Source: Utricularia gibba (lineage: Eukaryota > Plantae > Magnoliophyta). From it: a stretch of 64,000 bases of DNA. The notes under the pieces were generated by a model that was given only the letters and a program-made list of their open reading frames with translations, was not told the DNA's origin and searched no databases. Location: the NCBI GenBank assembly GCA_002189035.1, contig CM007991.1, positions 4,526,001 through 4,590,000 on the forward strand, written 5' to 3'. This document shows positions 25,101 to 39,249 of the stretch, piece after piece; positions within the stretch are counted from its first letter, which is position 1, and each line of letters opens with the position of its first letter. The position numbers were made by a program, and so were the translations under genes.

Positions 25101-28100
25101 CTCCCAGAAAACAATGTTTCTGCATAAAAAAAAACATGCACAAAAAATTCAATGACAGTTTGAATGGAAAAACCATGTGTAAAGTACAAGAATCCAACCT
25201 TCATTATGCCCTCCGAAGTAATTAACACTTTCACCATGAGAGATCAAGTTTTGTGACTGATTACGTCCATGTTCATAAATCTTTGAGTCAGCAAATTGTG
25301 CAGAAATAAGGTCTAAATCAGGATGCTGCCAATGAGAGCTATCATTAGCAGAATTCAAAGCAGGATTAGAAACAAGAACGCCAGGTTGTCCACATGTTTC
25401 TCGTACACCTTCCACAAAAGGTGGCAAGTTTTCTGGAGCACTATCCAAAGAAGTTATAGTACCATAAGTCTGTAACTTCAAATGAGGCATAACATCTCCC
25501 AATTCAAAGAATGGCGAATTAACAGGGGCACCTTCCAAACGAACAGGAAGATCAGTCCCAAAGAAACCTTGCTCAAACCACGATAAGATATCCTCACCAA
25601 GAAATGGCCCCTGAATTTCTCCCTGAGGATCACGATAAAACAAACTTAATTCTTCTGGGGGCACTCCTCTTTCAAGCTGAGGTACGCTGATTAAGTGTCC
25701 CATATCTTGCAGTTTGCGATTCCGATACTGCTCAGAGGTTGCAGAAAAAGAAGCGTTTGATTCCTCTAGAATTTTATCACTAGTTTCAACTTGTAAAGCC
25801 AAGTCTTTAGTATCAGGTAAAGAAATCTGTTTAGCAGAATCGATTGCCTTTGGCAATGCATCAGCAGACTCAGCACTACTTGGATCCTTGAGGCTGGCGA
25901 TTGCCACCTTACAAACATCATATGGTCCTACAACATCAACTGTCTTTTCTGAAATATGGTTAAAGAAAAATCTTTAGATTACCAGAATATCCGAGTACAA
26001 AACAATGCAGCTGACGTTACCTATTTCAGAGATATTACTGCAGGAATTATCTTCACCACTGACTTCGCACGTATATGTTAAGGACTTTTGAAAGCCCCTT
26101 TGCATCTCAGCAGTGATATCTGCCGAAAAGATACTCTGCCTCCCATTGAAAAATTCAGAATCTCCGAAGTCTGGGTAATCAAGGAGAGATAGGTAGGAAC
26201 ATTTTTATGTAATCACTGAAGAGATAATAATTGCAAAGAAAATATACAGATGACTTGATTAATCCTGTCATACCTGAAGTATCATTATTTGATCTGCCTT
26301 TTTTGAATGAGCTGTAAGAAGCCCCACTACTAGTTATTTGGCCGATCCAAATGTCACTCAGGATGCCCTGAAACGGAAAAGATCCTAGAAGTGAAGTTTA
26401 AAGATTTCAAAGATGATCCACATATTCATGTCTATAAGTAGGCCAGCATAGCACGAGAATATAAGCTTCATAAATCTCACCTGCTGCTCAGAATCAGGGG
26501 CAATGAATGCTAAGGGTTCAGTGGCAATTCTTTGAGTATAAGGGGGCGCTTCTTCCATGTTGTCTGGTATGTTTGCAAGCAACGGATCCAATTTCTTCCT
26601 ACGATATATATCAAGCAATTTGCCTCTTGGATAAACATATGTTCCAAAAGAAAAATTTTGCTTTCCAGGAACATTACCACCCATGTCATATTGACCAACA
26701 CCCACTGCACCCACAGTATTTCCAAAAATGGAAGTGGCTGACCTGCCTCGCCCCCACTAAAACCCACATCTGAGGCCTCCTCCGCACGTCCCCTTTCAAT
26801 TCCAAACCCTGGTGCAGCACGATGACACCCTGGAGCACCAGGGTTTCCCTCCAACCTGTGGCGCAGCCTCCATTTGTCACGAGATTCAGAATCGCGTTCA
26901 GGAATGGATTTAACATATGAAATCGATGACTGAAGTTCACCCTGAGTCTCTTCCTTCTCCATATCAGCTTTTTTTTCCACTCGAGTATCCTTTTCCTTGT
27001 CATTAGGACCCCATCTTGCAGACCATTTATTATCACGCCGAGTGTCAGAATTGCGATTTCCAGCATCATGCCAACGTTCAGAAGCAACCAAAGACTTCTC
27101 ATTTGCTTCTTTGCCACTAGCGTTATCATTACGTCTATCCATTTTTCGGCGGTCTCTTCGACCAAGCAATCCAGTTTCCCTTTCCTCTTCACGCCACCTG
27201 CGACCAGCATCCAATTCAGAAGCCTTTCTCCAATCCCTTTTTTCCGCATGTGTATCTGAGCGCCAGATATCCTTCTGGTTCAAGTCAGAAGCACCCCCAA
27301 GTGAAAGAGAACTGGGACCACGAATTTCCTATTTAAAAACACAAAGATAGCCAGGAAGTACACAGGATAATCAGGAACAAAGCACAGCACAGAGAGTGAT
27401 ATTAAAGAAGCGAGATATGCTAAACCACTTCAGAGACCCAGGGATCCTCAGAACTCAGCGGAGGGAGTCTCTCAGATGAACAGTGTCACTGCTTACCATT
27501 TTAGGTTCATTTGGCCTTGCGTACAACCACTGTGGAGACAAGGGGATGTTTTCGGATGCAGCTTGATCTAAAGCAACATGGTGTAAGAATAAGGGAAACA
27601 GACAAGCAATCTGAGAAGAGTAAGAGAGATCCTTCATTCACAAAACATGATAGAAAGGAAAGATCCAGTCACCTTTGGCCTCCTCGATTATACCTCCCAA
27701 ACCCCTATCCTCATCAACTCCTTCATTGCAGACATAAAAAACATAAGAAAATAAAAGAAAAACAGTAAGGAAACATCAAGCTGGAAACACATTCAACCAT
27801 AATGCCTAGCAATAATGAAAGGTAACCCCAAAATTAAAGTGAAACCAACTTCAGCGATGAAATGAAACACGTTCAATACTTCAGGAAAACGGATTGCAAA
27901 AGTAACACAATTTGAAAATAACAATATGAAGTTGAGAATCTGAATTGGGACCTACAACCACAGAAAGGCAACAACGCAAAGTCAGATTGATATATCCATT
28001 CACAGAATCGTGTCCAGACAATCCCAAAATCAGAGAAAAAACACCAAGAAAATGCTAAAAACCTGAAACATAGATTTACCATTCGGATTCCACGACTGAT

Positions 28101-28155
28101 CAGAATGCTTGGATTCGATGAGAACCTCCGGAAGATCCAGCTTACTCTCCGCCAT
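22172..28155 (-). CDS. GYF-domain protein (At1g24300/At1g27430 type), multi-exon, two apparent 1-nt frameshifts
   Basis: Exon 1 28080-28155 ([12 protein letters not shown]), exons 27673-27720, 27497-27567 ([10 protein letters not shown]) and from 27328 ([26 protein letters not shown]). GYF core [35 protein letters not shown]-rich region, C-terminus [33 protein letters not shown]. Frameshifts at 26751-26755 and 22615-22619. Confidence 0.92.
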
Positions 28156-29578
28156 CACAGAAAGTTGGTATTCCACAAAGAAAATTCACACGAACGAACG
28201 CACCACCACACGGACTCCGATAGGGTCGATGTAACCAAAAAGTTAAATCGGGGGCCGGAAACCCGATTTCAAGAGAAGAAGATTGAACAGATGGAAGGCG
28301 CCAGAGGGTTAGGGAGTGCGAGAGAATTATTTTTGCTGGAATTGAGGGTGAGGGTTTGGGTGGTCAGAAGAGCGAAATCGACATCATCGACCACTTCGAT
28401 TCCGCATCATATTTTCAAGCGCGGGTCCTCGCATTTCTCGCAATTTTCATTTCCTTACATGACCCGGCCGCCTCATGGATTCAGATCCGCTCCTCTGGCC
28501 CGGGCCCAACCGATTGGACCGACCACTTTTCAGACGCAGTGCTGTTGAATTAGGGTATGTTTAGAATTATTGACTCAGTTTCCATAAGCTGAAAAGAGGT
28601 GACGTGAGTTTAATATTTGTGGGTGTGCCCATGAGGAAATTTCCAGACAAGCGCAAGCACGAAACCGAATGTCCGGAGGAGCCGAGGCTGCACACTTCAA
28701 TTAATATTCAGGCGTCATAGGAGAAATAAACTAAGAATGTAAGAATGTGTTTGGTAAAAAATATAAATAGGGACAATTAAAGGGCTTTTACTTGTGTTTT
28801 AAAATTTTATTGCTAAAATACCTGCATTTTATGTCATCGGATTCCGGCAAATCATCTAGACCCGTTTCCGTCGACGCGCCACCCTCGGGAGCGCCCACAA
28901 GTGAAGAACGGGAGCATCGTGATGGCTCGGAAACCCATGAAAGTCTAACAACCAACCAGGAAACGAATTCTTACAAATTTGTAATAAGCTCATATGTCGC
29001 TGCTGTAAAATATATTACATTATTTTTTAATTTCTATAAAATTTCTATTTTTGAATCTAAATCGAAATTTGAAATTTTCCAAATTTATAATATATATATG
29101 AATAGAATTAAAAAAATCGTGAAATTGAATAATAATATTTTTTTAAATTTTTTTGGTAATAAAATATTTGATTGAAAATAAAAAGAAAAAATGTGGTTAA
29201 ACCATAGGTATTTTGATGAGTCAAGGCATTTTAGAAAATAATTTTTCTTATAAAGGTCATACAAAATTTTTTTGGATAATTAAATAGAAAAACGAAAACA
29301 TTATATTTGATAGATGAAATAAATTATATTTCAGATAATTTATACTATGAATATGAAATAAAATAATGAGAATTGAATGATTAGTATAAAATTATATTGT
29401 TATATAGCCTATCTTCATATATTTCATTTTATTCTAATTATAATTTATCTATGTAATAAATACAATGTAAATAGAATTAAAAGGATGAGAAAATGTTTTG
29501 ATAGGAAATCAAGAGTACCAATTTTATCGGAATCGGTAGTAGAGTAGGGCACTGAACATTAAAAAAACGGAAGGGATA

Positions 29579-31441
29579 CTATTTTCTCCTACCCATAGAA
29601 TTCATATTTCCTTCAAATAGCTCTTCGATCAACGCCTCAATATCCTCAGGCTGGTACTTGATGTACTTATCCATGTGCTTGCTGCTCTCGAAATATTGAC
29701 GGAACCGCCCCACGAAGGATCGATACGCCGGCACCAGCACCGAGGATATCGAGATTCTTAGCTCCGATTGCAGCTGCACGTCGCTTACAACCCACGCACT
29801 CTGTGTCCGGTGGATCTCTTCCAAGGTGGTTGTAAAAACCTTGAACCTTTCTTTCAGCAGCGCCTTGTTAATCCTGCCATTCACAATCAGCCCGTCGTGA
29901 TTCAACCATGGCAACACTCTGTTCCACGTTTCGCGTTGATAATTCTTGTGGTACTGCCGCACCACTGCAGACCGCCGCCGGCACCACGTGTCACCCATCA
30001 CCTCCCGGATCTCGGAAGAGCCCTTCACCTTCTGGAGGATATATCTACCGTTGTTCATCAAGAAGACGTTCTGCAGAGATGGGTCACGGTAGAGTTTCGA
30101 TTTCCTCTCCAGATTTCCGTCCAAAAGGTCCATTACTGCCATCACCTGAATGGAAAACGGCGTCATCTGCTCCACCGTCTCCAAGTTGTGGGGGCTCTCG
30201 CTTTCTTTAAACATGTCATGGGAGGAGAGATTCATGGCAGTATGTGCTTGGGAGTTCGCGGTTTCGGATCTCCCACCGAAGATTTTCTCCAGGGACACTT
30301 TGTACTCACACGCATATTTCAGGTAGTTCATCACATATCGGGTGAGAGGGTGTACGGCACCGCCGGGAACACAAGTTCTCCCGGCATCATGCTTGATGGA
30401 GTTTTCCAGCTCGGTGAATATACACGCTGCGCATTCGCCTATGCGGTCGCCGCCGTCAATTACCTCTCTCATCAATTCCTTGCTGCCAGATTCCCCATCG
30501 ATTGCCTGCATCAAATTCTGAAGTGCTTCGTACATGTCCAGGAATTTGAAAAGCTTTTCCGCCGATCGCCTAGTCATTGTCGTGGCCTCGACAAAATCGA
30601 GAAGTTGAATCACTACCAAACGAAACAGGCTGTTAAGTAAACTCCCTTTAACCTCCGGACACGTTACGAAAATCAATTCCCCAAGTCTTTTCTCTGCCGG
30701 GAAAATGATCTCAGAGCAAATTTTGACCGCGTTCAACCACCGTGAAATCTCAGTTTCCTGTTGTTCCCATTGCATTTTTGCAACATCGTCCATGCTCGGT
30801 GCCACATCAAACTCCATTTTCGTTAATTGATTTTTGATCGCGTTCCGTCGCACAATATAATACACCTGTGAGCACTCAGATTCATACCCCGCAGAAATCA
30901 TCGTCGATGCAATTTCCCTCATCTTCTCCACCACCTGGGGGGAGTATGATGCGTAATTCTTCAATTCGCACATCGATGAATCCTCCGTTGAAGAAATACT
31001 CCCACCAGTTCCACCGTACAACGAATCACATTTTGAATCTTCCATTAACGATTGAAACTCCTCTTCCAGAACTACCATCGCACGCTGCAACGCGACGCTC
31101 GTTTGATTCAAAGCCGATGTGATGGCCAAATTATCAGGAAACTGGCTCAAAGCATTGGCGAGTTTAGATATCCGCACCGTGAAAGCCATGAATCGTTCAT
31201 TTGATCCGCCATCGCGATTATACCTGTCAATCTTCTTCTCCATGATTCTAGTAAACGAGGCGAGGAAATCAGGAACCTCGGCAATCCCCGATGACTTGTC
31301 ATCAACGGCAGAGAGTACGTCAATGAAATTATCAACATTTTCCAAAATGTCAGATTCCGATGAGTCTTGGCTGCAATTGTTGTTGTTGGATGTCCGTACG
31401 AGCATCAAGGTTTGACCGCTAGGAAAACTGTTTCTTTCCAT
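29579..31441 (-). CDS. EXO70C: Exocyst subunit EXO70, clade C-like, intronless, 620 aa
   Basis: AGYESECSQVY, KLFKFLDMYE, VPGGAVHPLTRYVMNYLKYACEYK, FLMNNGRYILQK, LQSELRISI...PAYRSF.GRF, IKYQPEDIE. Confidence 0.93.
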   Translation of the reverse strand: MERNSFPSGQTLMLVRTSNNNNCSQDSSESDILENVDNFIDVLSAVDDKSSGIAEVPDFLASFTRIMEKKIDRYNRDGGSNERFMAFTVRISKLANALSQFPDNLAITSALNQTSVALQRAMVVLEEEFQSLMEDSKCDSLYGGTGGSISSTEDSSMCELKNYASYSPQVVEKMREIASTMISAGYESECSQVYYIVRRNAIKNQLTKMEFDVAPSMDDVAKMQWEQQETEISRWLNAVKICSEIIFPAEKRLGELIFVTCPEVKGSLLNSLFRLVVIQLLDFVEATTMTRRSAEKLFKFLDMYEALQNLMQAIDGESGSKELMREVIDGGDRIGECAACIFTELENSIKHDAGRTCVPGGAVHPLTRYVMNYLKYACEYKVSLEKIFGGRSETANSQAHTAMNLSSHDMFKESESPHNLETVEQMTPFSIQVMAVMDLLDGNLERKSKLYRDPSLQNVFLMNNGRYILQKVKGSSEIREVMGDTWCRRRSAVVRQYHKNYQRETWNRVLPWLNHDGLIVNGRINKALLKERFKVFTTTLEEIHRTQSAWVVSDVQLQSELRISISSVLVPAYRSFVGRFRQYFESSKHMDKYIKYQPEDIEALIEELFEGNMNSMGRRK

Positions 31442-31692
31442 GCCTATCTTTTTTTGGAATGCTAAACATAAAAAAACGATTACAAAAATATTTTGAGACC
31501 AATACGGAATGAAAATTGGTCATGGTTTCATTGGTTGTGAATCAATGTTGACCAGTTTAGATGAGCGGTAATTAGTATTTTTAAATAGAATTATGGGAAA
31601 AATAATAATTTATTTATTTGTATCCAATTTAGGTGGTCAAGAATTACAGAGAAATTGCTGGAAGTGAACTGGTTCTGCTTTTCCATGAATAA

Positions 31693-32300
31693 GGCCTCGT
31701 TTGGAAACCACTTATATTCTACCAAAATCAATTTTATTTTCATAGAATTGATTATATCTTCCAAAATATGTAATTGATTCTATTCTATGAAAATTAATTT
31801 TTGAGAATCAATTCAATTTTCACAGAAGTATGGATGCATAGCTTCTCTTAAAAAATTATTTTTTCAGAATTGATTTGAAAAATAAATTTACTATTATATC
31901 CATTTATTAATAGACAATTACAAATAATATCATTTTTAAAATAAATACTAATTCATATTTTTTAAAAAAATTATTCTAATTATGTGGTTTAGTGTTTTAT
32001 AAATTTTCAATTAATAATACAAGAATCATTTATTTAAAAAATTATAAATAGTTTGATAAATATTGATGGTATATAATATATTTTATTTAAATAAATTTAT
32101 AAAATATTACTATTAGCAAATATGGGTAAATATGTAATTTAGTTATAAAAATCACTTCTTATTTTTTTCATTCCAAACATTAATCAATTTTATAATAATC
32201 ATTCTCAAAAAACATTTTCCAAATATATATCAATTCTCATTTTATTAGAATTTTCAATTCTATTAAAATCAATTCTAGAGTGATTTTTGCAAACACTGCC
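31693..32300. mobile_element. Tourist/PIF-Harbinger-type MITE (608 bp)
   Basis: Imperfect TIRs GGCCTCGTTTGG and GCAAACACTGCC, TAA target duplication on both sides (31690-31692 and 32301-32303), AT-rich interior with inverted subterminal aatcaatt/aattgatt motifs. Confidence 0.78.
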
Positions 32301-32919
32301 TAAGTAATCAATCGGATGGTGAAGGCGTGGCTTGCAGCCGTTCGAGAGGAAACCCCTACCGTCGATTAAATGGGAGCTTGGTCCTGAGTGCACCATCTCA
32401 AACTCTAATAGGAAAATGACAAACACCTTGCAGCAGACCACGAAAAATTAAGTTTACTAATATTAGTCAATAATTATATTATATTAATAACATTACACGC
32501 TATTATTAGTGACGTCTTGCATCTCATAAATGACTTGCATCATCAATCATGAGGCTTTGAAAATATATGTCATCATTGATGGTGCTTAGGGAGTACATAT
32601 AGCAGAGCACCATCATTGATGACACTTTAGGAAGTGATGCAATAGAACAACATCAATGATGATACCTTGAAGCATGGCACCATCTATGCTGCTGCCTCCT
32701 TGTATGCACCTATACTCTCTATCCTATAGATATGCTACATGTTCGTAAATTTTTATAGAGAAATTTTTTTGATTACAAGGGTGAACTCACGAAGTTTCTA
32801 TATATTTACATTTATATTGGCATGACTTATGTATGACAATATGAAATTTTTTGACACCACACCTCCAATTTAAATTGTTATAATTCATACACAATCATGC
32901 ATCAATATGTTATTACAAT

Positions 32920-33360
32920 TGTTGCGGGTGAAAATCAGCGTTCAGAGAGAGGGCCGATTTTCAGTTTATGGGTACTGCAGGATGTGTCGAATCCATGTAT
33001 GGTTTAAGTGTTTTACTTAGTGTGGTTTACCGAAATGAAGAGAGACAAAGGTTTTTTTACGTGGAAATCATCGCAGAACGGAAAAACCACGGTGCTGTCG
33101 GAGCTCATCAGAAAAATGGTTTTCACTAGACGGAAGTGAGGGAAAAATACAGGTTGGAGGGGGAGAGTCGAACTCTTTTCTCTTCATACTTTCTACTACT
33201 TATAAGAGTGGTCGATCTCACCGAATCTTGAATTCTGTAGATGTCGATTGCTTTCTTTGCCTATACTGTGATCCTACTTTTTAGATGATCGCCGCTTGCT
33301 CTGCTGTAATTCGATCACTTTTCAAACTGTGCAATACGGCCGCTACTGTCAAATTTATGA
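32920..33360 (-). mobile_element. Probable copia LTR fragment
   Basis: Starts with TGTTG on the plus strand and carries the inverted pair tacgtggaaatc...ggaaaaaccacgg typical of copia U5 regions. No TSD confirmed. Confidence 0.4.
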
Positions 33361-33659
33361 CACATTGGTCTATCAGTCAGCACTATCCCATCATAGTACT
33401 TTTTTGGTAGCTTAAGGTACATTATTAGTAAATTAAGTTATAAATAAATAAATAATAGCTGCAACTTTTAATTTTTTTAAATATATAGCACGATGACTAC
33501 TAATCAAGTACAAGATATGAATGGGCTTCTTTTAGGAGCTCGACATCTTACTATTATAGCTTTGGCATAGGTATAATTTAAAATAAATTTATTATGATTT
33601 ATTGTTTTTAATACTAATGATATTATTTTCATCCTTTATAGTTAACATTTGCTAGGTGC

Positions 33660-34260
33660 AAACAATACTTTTCTGATCGATTAGCCAATGCACTTCGCAA
33701 AAAGGAATGTAATATCTTATATTCTGAGCAACCAAACAAACTTTTACAACGTTGGGATAGAGCCGTACCACACATTGTTGAGATTTATGACCCACGTAGG
33801 ATGGTTTTACATGTGACTACACGTAGCAAGAGACATCGGTGCCCTAAAACATATATCATTCAAATATGTGATAGAATTTGTGAGTGTAGAAAATGGAAAA
33901 ATTATAGAATTCCTTGTTCACATGCACATCAGGTATATTTAATTATTTAAATATCTTGTTATAAAAACTTTATTAACAATTCTCTTATTTTGAAATTCAG
34001 ACATGCAAAAAATTGGGGGTTCACCCTTATGATTATGTTGATCCAATATTCAAAATTAATAGGTAAATCTCTACTTATCAAGAACAATTTGTACCTTTAC
34101 GGCCAGAGAACCAGTGGGCTCCATCCCCAGTGAGACTTGCACATGATCCAAACAAAAAAAAATGTGGTCATCCTGGAGTTCAAAGGTCTACACTATTTCA
34201 AATGGGCTTTGATAGAGGAAGGAGAAGACAAACTTCTACAGAATGAGGCCATGAAAATAT
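33660..34260 (+). mobile_element. MULE transposase C-terminal relic with SWIM finger
   Basis: RICECRKWKNYRIPCSHA (SWIM), then YVDPIFK...TYQEQFVP...WAP after an intron-like gap. Confidence 0.75.
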
Positions 34261-37200
34261 GACTCAGTAAATAAACAGATCTAGAAGTCCTCTGTAAATT
34301 CATCATAGAAGTATAGACACCTTATTATCAAGGTACAGAACCAAGTTTCCAACAACGATGATCATCAATGCAAGAGCCACCTCAAGGATGGAATTACGTA
34401 GGTGATATTGCAGGACTATCAACACAACCAACCCAAAGAAGATCGTTTTTGATAAACTTTTTCTTGGTTTGGAAAAAAATATTAGTGATTCTTTAAAGAG
34501 TTTGTATCTAAAAAAATTTATAAATAAAAATATTACCAATTCATTAATAATAAGCAATTCAATTCAATAAAAAAATATTTTAATATTTATTAGAGTTTTT
34601 TAGTAGTGAATATAGTTTAATAATTTTTAAAGTAAAAAAATATATATTAAAATATTAAGTGTAATTTATCTAAATATTAGAATTTGTTTTTAACATTTTG
34701 AAAAGTAAAACTTTCTAAAACAGGACGCACACAAGTCTCTCTTTTTTTCACTCAAAAAAAATGTTGAACATGGCTCTGATACCAATAAAATTGTCACACT
34801 ATGTTTCACCATAAAATTGTCACACCCGTTTCACTCTCATATTGATCAATTCATAATATGGATTTAGCATTATTTCTTGTATGACTATTAAATTTTATGA
34901 TCATATATGTTATACATTATCAAACTAATATAAATGTTTATGTAAATATTCATAAAAAATAATAATGTTTTGTTCTGTAGTAATATATAATTATGATTTT
35001 CTTACATTTCAATAATTAAATTAGTTGTTCATTATATCATTATCCTAAATAATTCGATGTGTTTTTTTAGAATTAATAATATAATAGCATTGTTTTAATT
35101 TTTTATAAAAATAATGCAAATTACATGTATAATATAGTTACTACATATATTTAGCATGTCATTGTTAATTCTCAAAATTTTTTATATTGAAATTTAATAA
35201 AAATAGACATATAGTTACATTGTAATATAGTTCGATTTTTTTAAAAATACATTCCAAATACTATTAATAAATACAATTAAAAGAAAACTAAAAACAATAA
35301 AATAAAATAAAATAAATAAAAGATGCATAGAGTTATCACATAGTACACATAGTTGACTATTTTTATAAAATTACTTTTTGAAAGTACCTAGATTTGTAAT
35401 TGAACCCCCATTTTGGGGTTTTACTGAACTCCATGGTACATCCTAGCATCCTAAATCCAACAATGAGATCTAGTGTCGATTCTCCTATTTCTCTCCCGTA
35501 TGCCTCACATCCTCAAGTCTTGCCATCTTTGTAAACCTCGCCATCTCAATTCTCATTGTGTATGTTTATATTGGCATTTTTTAAAACACATTTTAATTTT
35601 GATGGTGTCAACTGTTTAAAAAAAAACATTGTACTTCAATTGACAGATAGTGAGACTTGATATGGGTTTTTTGCACGCCTCACCAACAACAACCCCACAT
35701 CTAGATTAATGGTGAATGAGGTATTATGTGTGTATCCATGTGTTGGGAAATGGACAGGAATATTTCGAGAATATTGGGTATGTACCTACACTCATTTAAT
35801 TGATAAAGTACCTGATTTTGTAACACTATTTGTCATATATCTTAACTTATATATGTATATTGACAAAATAACTCAATTTTGAAAAAAAAATAACTAATTT
35901 AATTTGCAATATATATTACTTCCTATTTTAAAATTATATACTTATATTTTATAAATAATAAAATATTTATTTTATTCATTCCAAAAAATTAAAATGTGTT
36001 TTATCAATTAACTTTACATTTTCATAATATAGTATTATGTTAGTGTACGTGATTGATGAATTGTTTTTGTGAAGGATGAAACCTCAAACGTCATTAATGG
36101 GAATTAATAAAGTATTGTACTTAACAACTGGTATGCTCATTAAATACTAGAAACCCTCACCCAAAAATCCAATTCACAACTAATTAAAATAGAACACTGT
36201 ATAATCAATTCCACTGCGTTGCGAGGACATTTCAAAGCTAGGATTGGAATAAGAGAGAAAAAAAGTAAAATATATAAAAATCATACATTCGATCATGGTC
36301 AATTAAAAAACATCATGTGTTTTAATAAGTTGATGACAAATGTTTTGTTTGAAACAAACAAATACAAAACGTGCAACATACCAAATCAGGTTTTAAGTTG
36401 GGCTATTAATTGTTTTACACCCTTAGATGTACCCAAGGTATGGTAAAACAACACCAATTATACAAAAATTAGGATCAAAACCAGAACTTAAGTTCACAGG
36501 ACCTTCACACCTTACGGAATCTCCTAAATTTAACCACACATGGTAGAAATCAAAGTTATGATTCCATAAACTAAAACAGAGAATAATGTCATAGACATAA
36601 TGTAAAAAGAAGTCGCAACATATAGCATTTGATACACATTAAGCAAAATAAAATCATGTTTTGTTCTTGTCAACTACTATTCTCGTCTCGAAATAGTGGT
36701 GCTAGGCTAGAGATCATTTTGAGATGTAAATTTGCTTCCTCTTAAAACTTTCTTCTTCATCCATGGGTGTTCAAAGTTATTTTCTGGTTCTCTTCTCTTG
36801 TTCCCCCATGGAACCTATTTGAAAAATTCTCCACTCCTAAGAAAGTATCTTCTTTCTTTTATATTTCCTATTTTCCAATATAGTTAATGTTGCTGATATT
36901 CATATTAATTTTATCCCAGCCTATGAATAAACTGACAACAAATTCAATGTTCTTTATCCCTCTTTAGATAGTGCCCCACAAATATGGGTCGATTTAGTTA
37001 AATGATTGTGTCATAAAAAGTTTTTACAAAAATACCTGTTGTTTTAACATTATTATCAAACTACCAATGTTATTTTTTCGCAAAAATACCTGCGGTTTTA
37101 TCGTATTTTAGATAAATTATTTATTATGAAAATACCTCTTATTTAGTAAAATCAACTTATTTTACTTTATTTGTTGTATTCACAAATTAGATCTTATTTT

Positions 37201-39249
37201 TCAATTTGTATCATAGTTAATTATAACGGGTTGTTTTACTAGATATTAAATGTATTTTCAATAAATAAATTTTTGCTTCAAATATAAATATATTTATATT
37301 TCATAAATCAATGAATTCACTTGTACATTATAGATATTGATTTTATAATTTTAGTAATCTTGGTTAATTAGATACTAGGAAAGAAAAAATAATCATGTAC
37401 TAAATAAAGAATTAAAAAACTTTGAAATAAAATTAAATCATGTCTCTCCAATAATGTGGGAGTTGGAAAATTTTGTTAATATCACTATGTAAGATTAAAA
37501 AAATTATCAAAATACCGCCTATTTTTAATCATTACACAAATATATATAGTTTCTTATTTTTATTAGAATACTTATGTTATTGTTATTTCAAATAACATAA
37601 ATATTAGTTTATTATTATTCTTTTTTAAATAAGACTCTTATATACATCTAGTTTTTAAAAAAATTGAAAGATTATAATTGAAAATAAATTTTAAATATTT
37701 TCAATTTAATGCAAATGTATTTGAAAAAATACTTCGAAATTTTATAACATCTCAGATTACCCAATTAATTTTGTAACATTTGAAATTTGTGTCATATTAG
37801 ATTAACAGTTAATTAGTTAAATAGCCTACTTCAAAAAATTCATTGTCTATATAGCCTATTTGATAAACATTGATCAAATAGCACTCTTTTATATTTTTTC
37901 TGTTAAAAGTTTATATTTTTTATATATCATATTTAATATAATAAAAATAACTCATTTTTGTTTATAAAACATTGAAATATAAACATATAGATATACAATT
38001 TTTATTTCGATTTTATGTTCTTATTTATTAAACAATTAGAATTATAGAGGTACCTAAATAATACTTCTATTTATGGTTGTATAAATAAAAACATAAACTG
38101 AAATATCAATTATATTTATATATGCTTATATTTCAATTTTTTATAATTAAAAATTAGCTTTTTTATTATATTAAACATGATATACAAAAAGTAATATTGT
38201 TTAACCAAATATATATATATAAGAAGATTATTTGACAAATGTTTACTTATAATTTTTATTTAAATCAATTAATATAATTTAAACAATTAAAACATCAATA
38301 ATTCATTTTTGTATATTTAATTCATAAAACTTTATAATTATACATTTTATATATGTTTTGTTTGTGTATTAATGAACATGTATGTAAAAAAAATACTAAT
38401 GGTAAATTATAACATTCAAAGTAATTTCAAAAAACCATAAAACAAATATCTTGAATAATATGATAATAAATAACAAATAATCTTTTAATATTATGATTTA
38501 TGCATTAACCAAAAGATTGATGCAACATGAAAACATAAATAATAAATGCAATTATTTATTTAAATGAACACACTTAATGTTGAAATCAAGATCATACATA
38601 TAATTTCATCTTTTCTTTGGTGAAAGCAAGTTCCGAACAAGTCTGCCAACCAATGATTTTGATTTGATTCTTTGTTGTCTTGGTTGGGGTGTATACGTTG
38701 ATGAGAAGAGTTCTTGTGATGATTGAGAATGTGAAAATGAATACCTCGGAGCTATATATACTAAATTTTCATCTGAATTCTAAGAGTTTTCCTCATACGA
38801 CATTGATCTTAACCTTGAATTTGAAGCGTTAGTCAATTGTGGAGACAACATATTTGAATCTCTTCTTGATGGTGGATGTGGTGTAGAAGAGACATTAAGT
38901 CGTTCATCAAGTGTAGATATACTGAACTTAGTATAAATAAAATTTGGATTTTCCCATGTTTGTTGATGATGATGATGTCTTCTTCTTCTTCTCTGAAAAT
39001 CAATTGTGCCCTTAAGCCATGTTTTTTGGGTTGGTCCTCTTTTCTTTTCTCTACATCGTGATGGATCAACCAATAGTTGAAAAGGTGTTGGCCTCCATTT
39101 CCTCACATCTAAAATAAAATGAACCTGACTACTAAATGAGATCGATAATAATCACTTACTTTGTCTTTTAGATTCACTCGAAAGTCATGATAAGCTACAA
39201 AAAAATAATAATTAGTTGTGAAATCGTAATAGTGTAGCATATATATTTC

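Noticed and set aside
29768-30640. 290-aa plus-strand ORF and other ORFs overlapping EXO70C
   Set aside because: Antisense shadow of a GC-rich coding exon with no recognisable motifs.
34773-34830. Minus-strand PBS (TGGTATCAGAGC) with a nearby TGTGACA and a short direct repeat
   Set aside because: Probably a retroelement scrap, but no LTR extent, coding region or TSD could be defined.
38780-39106. 108-aa ORF with an RRRRRHHHH tract
   Set aside because: Low-complexity frame next to a MULE relic with no recognisable domain.
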